Shown one piece after another: positions 1 through 6,741 of a stretch of DNA of 64,000 bases (the first letter of the stretch is position 1; every line of letters begins with the position of its first letter). The notes under the pieces are model-generated. The model ran no database searches and was not told the DNA's origin. It saw only the letters and a program-made list of their open reading frames with translations. This DNA comes from Armatimonadota bacterium (lineage in GTDB: Bacteria; Armatimonadota; UBA10988), in contig JACRKZ010000130.1 of the NCBI GenBank assembly GCA_016235455.1, positions 16,242 through 80,241 of the forward strand, written 5' to 3'. The position numbers were made by a program, and so were the translations under genes.

Positions 1-1
1 C

Positions 2-1036
2 GACTTCTCGCCCAGCCCGCCCAGGACCGCGACGCGTCGCGGCTGGCTGGGCGGTGTGCAGTACACCCCCGCGGGCGCGCTGCCGGGCACGAGCTACCGC
101 TTCGAAGCCGCCATTCTGCCCGATACCGGCACCTACCTCGGGCAGCAGGACCGTGGCATGTCGTGGACGCGCGGCGGCTATCTCCTGGGCCACGAGTACG
201 GCGAAGACTCCTCGGGCTGGCGCTTCTCGGCGCGGCAGCGCATGTCCCCCAAGCTGGACCTGCGCCTGGCCGCCGAGCATTTCACGCAGCTGCGCGAGAG
301 CCCCGTCAGCCCATCCACCACCAGGCTGGAGGTCGGCGCGGGGTACAACCTCACGCGCTGGTGGAGCCTGGGCATGGGCTACCGCTACGAGCGGCGCACC
401 AGCATCGGCGCCATCGCCGGCAACGACCGCCGGCTGCCAGCGTTGGTCGTCGGGCAACGGCCGGGGCGGAGACAGTGGCTGCCGCGAGCGACGCCAGGCG
501 TACCACCAGCCGGCCACGTTGGCCAGCAGGGCCAGCGCGATCAGCACCAGGCGCGGGTTCGGCAGGGCCGGGCGCTCCGGCTCGTCGTGCAGCACTGGCG
601 GCGGCGGTGGCGGCGTGGGTCGGGCGGTGGGCCGGCTCGGCAGCGGGGCGCCGAGGTCGGCGGTCGGCGGCAGGCTTGGCGCCTTGCCCAGCGCCCCCAG
701 TTCGCGCGCTACGCACTGTACCACCAGGTCGGGCAGCGCCGTGACCGTGTAGTCCTGGCGCTCGACGTGATGCACGGTGGTGCCGGCATCGCCGCCCTTG
801 GTGATGAACAGGAACCGCCCGCGCGTGAACAGCGCGGCCTGGCGCCACACATACTCGCGCAGGTCGTCGTCGGCATCGCCCGAGCCGCCGCTGGTCGAGA
901 CAGCGCAGATCTTGATGCCCTTGGCCGCGGCACGCTGGGTGACGGGCAGGTACTGGGTCTCCTGGTAGTCCAGGTGCGGCGGCGCATCGCCGACCAGGAA
1001 GGCCATGCGCAGCGCCGGCGCGGGCGACCACTGTAG
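2..1036 (+). CDS. 3' part of a probable outer-membrane beta-barrel protein (capsule-assembly Wzi-like), 5'-truncated by the window
   Basis: Frame is open from position 2. Amphipathic aromatic-rich strands (RFEAA, GWRFSARQR, RLEVGAGYNLTRWWSLGMGYRYE) and LGHEYGEDSSG. Only ~1-435 looks like real protein; the rest, to the stop at 1036, is the antisense shadow of the VWA gene. Confidence 0.5.
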   Translation, partial: DFSPSPPRTATRRGWLGGVQYTPAGALPGTSYRFEAAILPDTGTYLGQQDRGMSWTRGGYLLGHEYGEDSSGWRFSARQRMSPKLDLRLAAEHFTQLRESPVSPSTTRLEVGAGYNLTRWWSLGMGYRYERRTSIGAIAGNDRRLPALVVGQRPGRRQWLPRATPGVPPAGHVGQQGQRDQHQARVRQGRALRLVVQHWRRRWRRGSGGGPARQRGAEVGGRRQAWRLAQRPQFARYALYHQVGQRRDRVVLALDVMHGGAGIAALGDEQEPPAREQRGLAPHILAQVVVGIARAAAGRDSADLDALGRGTLGDGQVLGLLVVQVRRRIADQEGHAQRRRGRPL

Positions 1037-2329
1037 TTCGTCGACCATGGCGCCGAGCGCCGCGTTGACGTCCTCGGGCTCATCGCCGCCGGCCTCGGCG
1101 CGCACGTCCCGCAGGTAGCCGCGGAACTCATCGACCGATTCGGTGAACGGCCTGGTCTGCGTGACATACGACTCGTTGCGGTCGCGGTACATGACCAGCC
1201 CGAGTCGCAGCCGCGGCCGGTTGGGCAGCTTGCCCACGCGCTGAGACACATCGCTGATGGTCTCGCGCAGCCGTTCGATCTCCTCGCTCATGGAGCCCGT
1301 CGTGTCCAGCACGAAGGCCACGTCGAGCGTCAGTCGGTCCTGTTGGCCACGGTTGGTGGTCAGCCGCCAGATGTCACCTTCGGGCCGCCGCGTGAACACC
1401 GGGCTGCCGGCGCCGTCCACTCCCACTTCCAGACTGTGCGGCGTCTGCGGGCCGGAGGCATTGGGGAAGAACACCGCCTGCCCGCCGGCGTCGGTGCGTG
1501 CGGTGAACTTGGCGCTGGGGATGCGCACCTCGGCATCGGGCACGGCGCGGCCCTGGGCGTCGGTGACCACGATGGTGTAGCGCTCGCGTACATCCACCCA
1601 CGGCGCTCCGGCCGGCGGCGAGTACTTGCGTAGGTAGTCCAGGTACTTGCCGAAGCTCTGGTTGTCGTCGGTTTCGCCGGCGCGCAGCGGGTCGCCGACG
1701 GGCACCGCGCCGATGACAGCCCCGCTGGGCTTGGCCTCGGCGATGCCCTTGGCCACGCGGGCCGATCTTGGCGCAGGCGGCGCGGCGTCCGCGTCCATGG
1801 TCGCGACCGACGGCGGTGGTGGAGTGGCCGGCGAGCCCGCGGCCGGCGCCGTCGATCGCATGGACCACGAGGTCACTGACGGCGCTCGTGCGCTCATGGG
1901 TGGCGGCATCGAGGAGGCTGCGTCGACGCGGTCGGCCGCGCTGCCTGCCATCGGCGGCGGCTCTGCTTCCTCGCTCTTGGCCGGGAAGAGGACGTTGAAG
2001 GGCGCCGGCACCACCGCCAAGACCGTGCAGGCGCTCAGGCCCCAGGCCAACAGCGTGAACGGCCGGCGGCCCGACGGAACGAGAAACGCCCACCATGGCT
2101 GGACCACGATGCGGTCGGCGGCCTGCAGCACGCGCGCCTCGAATCCGCGCGGCATGGCCGGCAGCAGGCTCTCGCGGGCCAGGGCGTTGACCGCGCGCAA
2201 CCGTGCCAAATCGGCGGCCAGGTCGGGGTTGCCGGCCAGGTCGGCTTCCAGGGCGGCGCGCTCTGCGGCGCTCAGCTCCTGGTCAAGGTAGGGCTGTAGT
2301 CGAGGGTCAAACGAGCGGTCGGCGCTCAT
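2..2329 (-). CDS. Anti-sigma-like N-terminus + TM + VWA (MIDAS) domain + C-terminal TM fusion protein; no stop codon inside the window
   Basis: Translated by hand; absent from the ORF track because it has no stop. The ATG at 2329 overlaps the sigma stop (ATGA). Sequence: MSADRSFDPRLQPYLDQELSAAERAALEADLAGNPDL...TM...LRAGETDDNQSFGKYLDYL...LDVAFVLDTTGSMSEEIE...GLVMYRD...GGDEPEDV...FLVGDAPPH...PPPPP...LVLIALALLANVAGWWYAWRRSR. Recognisable protein ends near 440. Confidence 0.85.
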   Translation of the reverse strand, partial: MSADRSFDPRLQPYLDQELSAAERAALEADLAGNPDLAADLARLRAVNALARESLLPAMPRGFEARVLQAADRIVVQPWWAFLVPSGRRPFTLLAWGLSACTVLAVVPAPFNVLFPAKSEEAEPPPMAGSAADRVDAASSMPPPMSARAPSVTSWSMRSTAPAAGSPATPPPPSVATMDADAAPPAPRSARVAKGIAEAKPSGAVIGAVPVGDPLRAGETDDNQSFGKYLDYLRKYSPPAGAPWVDVRERYTIVVTDAQGRAVPDAEVRIPSAKFTARTDAGGQAVFFPNASGPQTPHSLEVGVDGAGSPVFTRRPEGDIWRLTTNRGQQDRLTLDVAFVLDTTGSMSEEIERLRETISDVSQRVGKLPNRPRLRLGLVMYRDRNESYVTQTRPFTESVDEFRGYLRDVRAEAGGDEPEDVNAALGAMVDELQWSPAPALRMAFLVGDAPPHLDYQETQYLPVTQRAAAKGIKICAVSTSGGSGDADDDLREYVWRQAALFTRGRFLFITKGGDAGTTVHHVERQDYTVTALPDLVVQCVARELGALGKAPSLPPTADLGAPLPSRPTARPTPPPPPPVLHDEPERPALPNPRLVLIALALLANVAGWWYAWRRSRQPLSPPRPLPDDQRWQPAVVAGDGADAGAPLVAVAHAQAPPAREVVPRADLQPGGGWADGALAQLREMLGGQAQVQLGGHALPRREAPARGVFAVLVAQEIAAARPRHATVLLPEVGAGIGQNGGFEAVARARQRARGGVLHTAQPAATRRGPGRAGREV

Positions 2330-2874
2330 GAGCGGTCCTCCAGGTAGGGGGCCAGCAGTGTGGCCAGGCGCGCGGTGCCGTGGTGCAGGCGCGAGCGGAC
2401 CGTGCCGATGGGAATGTGCAGCACCCCGGCGATCTCGTCGTAGCTCAGCTCCTCGATGCAGCGCAGATGCACCGCCTCACGCTGGCCCGGCGGCAGATGG
2501 TCGATGGCTTCGCGCACCACGCCGGCCAACTCGCGGTTGAGCGCGGCCTGCGGCGGCGAGGTGCCCGAGTCGGGCAGGCTGTCGGTGTCCGCCTCCTCGG
2601 CCAGCCTCAGGGCGGGCCGACGCTGACGGCGGCAACAGCGCGCGGCGATGGTCAGCATCCAAGTGGTCAGCTTGGCCTCGCCGCGGAAGCTCGGCAGGGC
2701 GCGGTAGATGGCCACCCAGGCCTCCTGAGCGGCGTCGTCCGCGGTCTCGGGACCGACCAGCCGCCGCACGAAGGCGTAGATGCGTGGCCCATGGCGGGCC
2801 AGCAGCACGTCGAACGGCTCAACCAGCACGCCTGAGCGTAGCGCCAGTGCGGACGGTTCGGGTTCCGCTGCCAC
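2326..2874 (-). CDS. ECF RNA polymerase sigma factor (sigma-70 family)
   Basis: Region 2 (ADDAAQEAWVAIYRALPSFRGEAKLTTWM) and region 4 (LPPGQREAVHLRCIEELSYDEIAGVLHIPIGTVRSRLH). GTG start chosen after an AGGAGA RBS. Confidence 0.93.
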   Translation of the reverse strand: MAAEPEPSALALRSGVLVEPFDVLLARHGPRIYAFVRRLVGPETADDAAQEAWVAIYRALPSFRGEAKLTTWMLTIAARCCRRQRRPALRLAEEADTDSLPDSGTSPPQAALNRELAGVVREAIDHLPPGQREAVHLRCIEELSYDEIAGVLHIPIGTVRSRLHHGTARLATLLAPYLEDRS

Positions 2875-2945
2875 GGCATTTCTCCTACGCATGGGTATGT
2901 GCCCTTCCTGGCCACGGGAGTTCACGGCAATCGCGCCCGACTCAC

Positions 2946-2968
2946 TTTGACCGGCCATCCTGGTCAAA
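2946..2968. promoter_or_regulatory. Inverted repeat TTTGACC-N9-GGTCAAA between divergent genes (candidate operator)
   Basis: Perfect 7-bp arms, AT-rich for this genome, in the sigma/deacetylase divergent intergenic region. Confidence 0.4.
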
Positions 2969-3053
2969 ACTGGCTATGCCGCGAACCCTCGCCGATCCAG
3001 CGTACTCCAAAGACTCGGCATCCCTCGTGACGACCAAGGAGCGTGGTTTCCCC

Positions 3054-4172
3054 GTGAGTGGCAAGTCTGGCACAACCAAGCCTCGCGCGTCGCGCAGTCG
3101 CGCGTCCAGCAAGCCCAAACCCGCGGCCGCGAAGCCGGCGGCGAGCCGGCCCAAGCCGGGCGGCCCGCGCGTGCCGTGGCTGACCACGCCGGTGATCGTG
3201 CTGCTGCTGGCCTCGTCGATGGTGCTGGGGCTGCTGGTGGCCAAGGGCGGCCAGATCCTGCCGGCGAGCTGGCGCCGGCCCGCCACCGTGCACCCAGACG
3301 GCCGGATCATCGGCGCCGAGCCCGCACCGCGTCGTGAGCAGCCCGAGTCGGCGGCGCAGACCAAGACCGGCCCGGCCAAGACGGGCGAGGCCAAGGTCGC
3401 CGAGGCCAAGACGGTGCCCGCCAAGCCGACCGCGCCGGCCTTGCCCGAGTCGGCGCCGCGCGTGGCTGGCGTGCTGTCGCCCCAGGAGCGGCGCGCGCGG
3501 CTGGCCCAGGTGGTCCTGCCGTCGAGCTTTACTACCGAGTGGGGCGGTGGTGCCGCCGTGCTCCGCGAATCGGCCAACGAACTGGCCCAGGGCCGGGCGG
3601 CCGGTGGGCGCGTGGCCCTGACCTTCGACGCCCATTTCGACAGCCTGCCGGTGGACAAACTGCTGGGTCTGCTGGCCGAACGGGGGCTGCGGGCCACCTT
3701 CTTCGTGACCGGCGCCTATGCCCGCAACGCGCCCGAGTCGGTCAAGAAGATCGCCGCGGCGGGCCACGAGATCGCCAACCACAGCGACACCCACGCCGCC
3801 TTCACCAAGCTGTCGGACGCCAAGTGCCTGGCCGAGCTGGAGCGCGCCGAGCAGTCCATTTTGCCGCTGGCCGGCGCCGCTTACCGGCCCTACTGGCGGC
3901 CGCCGCTGGGTGACCGCAACCTGCGCGTGCTGCGGGTGGCCGTGCGCAACGGGTTCCTGCCGGTCTACTGGACCATCGACACGCTCGACTGGCGCAAGGA
4001 AGCCACGCCCGAGAGCGTGCAGGAACGCATCAGCGCGCAAGGGCTGGTGGGCGGCGCCATCGTCCTGCAGCATGTGGGCAGCTCGGCCAGCGTGGCCTGC
4101 CTGCCCAGCGAGATCGCGCTGTTCCGCTCGCACAACCTGGTGCCCGGTTGCCTATCGGAGTTGTTGAGGTGA
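3054..4172 (+). CDS. Membrane-anchored polysaccharide deacetylase (NodB/CE4)
   Basis: Basic N-terminus, TM, Pro/Ala/Lys linker, then VALTFDAH, EIANHSDTH, YWRPPLG, WTIDTLDW, GAIVLQH. GTG start after AAGGAG. Confidence 0.9.
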   Translation: MSGKSGTTKPRASRSRASSKPKPAAAKPAASRPKPGGPRVPWLTTPVIVLLLASSMVLGLLVAKGGQILPASWRRPATVHPDGRIIGAEPAPRREQPESAAQTKTGPAKTGEAKVAEAKTVPAKPTAPALPESAPRVAGVLSPQERRARLAQVVLPSSFTTEWGGGAAVLRESANELAQGRAAGGRVALTFDAHFDSLPVDKLLGLLAERGLRATFFVTGAYARNAPESVKKIAAAGHEIANHSDTHAAFTKLSDAKCLAELERAEQSILPLAGAAYRPYWRPPLGDRNLRVLRVAVRNGFLPVYWTIDTLDWRKEATPESVQERISAQGLVGGAIVLQHVGSSASVACLPSEIALFRSHNLVPGCLSELLR

Positions 4173-6574
4173 AGATCGGCCTGAGTGGCGCTACCTGGGA
4201 GCTGGGACCGCGTGCGCTGCGCGCGCGGTGGCTCTTCGCGTCAGCCTGCCTGGGCATCGGTCTGGCCGGTGGGGGCCGGCCCTGCCTGACCACCGCGCTG
4301 GTGGTCGCCGGCTACAACCTGCTGCTGCTCGGCGTCGCGCGCCGCCGCCGTCCGGCGGCCGCCTCGATCCTGGTGCAACTGCTGGTAGACAGCTTGGCCA
4401 CGGCCGTGGCCATCCACTACGGCCGCACGCTCACGCCCGCGGCGCAACTGTTGTTCCTCTTCCCGCTGTGCCAGGCGGCGTTGCTGTGGCCGGGCGAGGG
4501 CCTGTTCCTCACTGCCGGCGCCTGCGGCGTGGCCTACGCGCTGGGCGACTGGGCCGGGGTGATGGGCTGGTGGCCGCCCAATCCCGCGTTCGACCCCGCC
4601 GATCCGGCGATCAGTTCGCTGGCCGCGGTGGCGCTGGTGCTGGGCGCCCTGCTGGCGGCGGCGGCCGGACTTAACCGCCTGGTGATCGCCCTGGCCGGCA
4701 CCGAGCAGCGGCTCGACGCCAGTCAGCGCGACTACAAGCGACTGGCCGAGGGCCTGGAGGTGCAGGTGCGCGAACGCACCGAGGACCTGTGGCATACCAA
4801 CGACCAACTCGTGGCTCGCCACCGCCAGATGACTCGCCTGCAAGAGGTGGACGCCGCCATCCACAGCTCGGAGAACATGAGCACGGTGCTCCAACGCGTG
4901 TGCGACGGGGTCAGCGAGTTCCTGCCCGAGACGCTCTGCGCCACGCTGCTGGTCGGCGACGACGGGCACCTGGCCCTGGCGCGTGCCTCGCGCAGCGCCG
5001 AGCGCCACCTGGCCGCGGTGGAGTCCATCCTTGGCCGGCCGCTGAGCGAGTGCCGGCTGGCGCTCACGCCGGGTACACCGGCCGCCTATGCGGTGCGTTC
5101 GCGCGAGCCAGTCATCACCCACGACGTGGCGCGGCTGACCGCGGCGCATGTCGGTTCGCCGCTGACCCAGGCGCTGTTGCCCGACATCACCCGCGTGCTG
5201 GCCCTGGCCAGCGCCGTGGTGCTGCCGCTGGCGGCCGATGGCGAGTGCCTGGGCCTGCTCGTGGTTGGCTCCCGGCGCACGCTCAGCCGTGACGACACCG
5301 AGCCCGTGCGCGCCTTCGCCACGCAGGCCGCCATCGCGCTGAGCCGCGTGCGCCGCGCCGAGGCCCTGCGCGACCAGCAGACGGCGCTGCGCAGCGCCTA
5401 TGAGGAACTGGCCCGCAGCCAGGAAGCGGCCATCGCCACCGAGCGCATGAGAGCCGTGGGCGAGATGACCAGCGGCATCGCACACAATTTCAACAACGCG
5501 CTGACGACCATCATGGGCGTCACGCAACTGGTCATGCAGCGGCCCGAACTGCCACCGGACATCCACGACAAGCTCAAGCGCGTCGAGGGTGCCGCTGAAG
5601 ATGCCGCGGTCATGGTCAAGCGCCTGCGCGGGTTCATCAAGGCCGGGCTGGACGCGGTCGCCCAGGCCGACTTCAACGACCTGGTGGACGACGTGGTGGG
5701 CTTCACCGACACCGTCTGGTGCCATGGCCCGCTGCGCGCCGACGCGCCCATCGACCTCAACTTCGAGCCCGGCGCCACGCAGTCGGTGCTGGTCGAGGCC
5801 ACGGCCATCCGCGAGGTCATCACCAACCTCATCCTCAACGCGGTGAAGGCCATGCCCGACGGCGGCCGGCTGGACCTGCGCACGTGGGACGACGGGCCGC
5901 GCGTGGCGCTGAGTGTGCGCGACACCGGCGTAGGCATGGCGCCCGAGGTGCGGCGGCGCTGCTTCGAGCCGTTCTATACCACCGGCGGCGAGGAAGGCAC
6001 GGGCCTGGGCCTGTCGCTGGCGCAGTCGGTCATCCAGCGCCATGGCGGCCAGATCCATGTGGACAGCACGCTGGGCGTGGGCACCACCTTCACGCTGTGG
6101 CTGCCGGCGACCGAATCGCAACAGTGCGTCGGTGCCAGCGAGCCTGGCGACGGCTGGACGCCGACCGCCGTGGGCGACGACACGGCAGGACTGAGGCCGC
6201 TGCACGTGCTGCTGGTGGACGACCACGCCGGCGTGCGCCAGACGCTGGGCAACCTGTTGCAGGCCACCGGCCACGCCGTGACGCTGGCCAACAACGGTGA
6301 CCAGGCGTTGGCCATGTTCGACCCACGCCGGCACGACGTGGTCATCACCGACTGGGCTATGCCGGGCATGTCGGGCCTGCAACTCGCCCGCGGCCTGAAG
6401 CAGGCCAGCCCCGGCACCCCCGTGCTGCTGGTCACCGGCTACGACTCGCCGCTACCGCCCGAGGCGCTGGCCAGCGCCGACATCGACCTGCGCCTGCAGA
6501 AGCCGATCTCCACGGCCGACCTGGCTCGCGCGCTGAGCCTTGTCACCCAGCCGCCGGAGGCGGCGGTCGGGTAG
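4169..6574 (+). CDS. Hybrid sensor histidine kinase (multi-TM, GAF, HisKA, HATPase, receiver)
   Basis: H-box GIAHNFNNAL, NLILNAVKAM, DTGVGM, GTGLGL; receiver LLVDDH...VITDWAMPGMSG...KP. GTGA overlap with the upstream stop. Confidence 0.93.
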   Translation: MKIGLSGATWELGPRALRARWLFASACLGIGLAGGGRPCLTTALVVAGYNLLLLGVARRRRPAAASILVQLLVDSLATAVAIHYGRTLTPAAQLLFLFPLCQAALLWPGEGLFLTAGACGVAYALGDWAGVMGWWPPNPAFDPADPAISSLAAVALVLGALLAAAAGLNRLVIALAGTEQRLDASQRDYKRLAEGLEVQVRERTEDLWHTNDQLVARHRQMTRLQEVDAAIHSSENMSTVLQRVCDGVSEFLPETLCATLLVGDDGHLALARASRSAERHLAAVESILGRPLSECRLALTPGTPAAYAVRSREPVITHDVARLTAAHVGSPLTQALLPDITRVLALASAVVLPLAADGECLGLLVVGSRRTLSRDDTEPVRAFATQAAIALSRVRRAEALRDQQTALRSAYEELARSQEAAIATERMRAVGEMTSGIAHNFNNALTTIMGVTQLVMQRPELPPDIHDKLKRVEGAAEDAAVMVKRLRGFIKAGLDAVAQADFNDLVDDVVGFTDTVWCHGPLRADAPIDLNFEPGATQSVLVEATAIREVITNLILNAVKAMPDGGRLDLRTWDDGPRVALSVRDTGVGMAPEVRRRCFEPFYTTGGEEGTGLGLSLAQSVIQRHGGQIHVDSTLGVGTTFTLWLPATESQQCVGASEPGDGWTPTAVGDDTAGLRPLHVLLVDDHAGVRQTLGNLLQATGHAVTLANNGDQALAMFDPRRHDVVITDWAMPGMSGLQLARGLKQASPGTPVLLVTGYDSPLPPEALASADIDLRLQKPISTADLARALSLVTQPPEAAVG

Positions 6575-6583
6575 GCGCGCAGC

Positions 6584-6738
6584 GCGGGGGACGTGAGCTG
6601 GCGCTCGCGCGGCGTAGGGCGTCGGGCGTAAGGGGTCAGCGACGGTCCGTGAGCGCGTGCGCCGAGCGGCCTACAGCCCAGGCGTTCCCCCACGCCCGAC
6701 GCCCCACGCCGCGCGAGCCAACGGCTCGCGTCCCCGCC
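6584..6738. repeat. Imperfect inverted repeat built of GGCGT(N)2 heptamers between convergent genes
   Basis: GCTCGCGC-GGCGTAG-GGCGTCG-GGCGTAA (6603-6631) pairs with CCACGCC-CGACGCC-CCACGCC-GCGCGAGC (6690-6718). Confidence 0.65.
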
Positions 6739-6741
6739 CGC

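Noticed and set aside
6584-6738. Repeats as a CRISPR array
   Set aside because: No regularly spaced direct repeats with unique spacers and no cas genes anywhere in the window.
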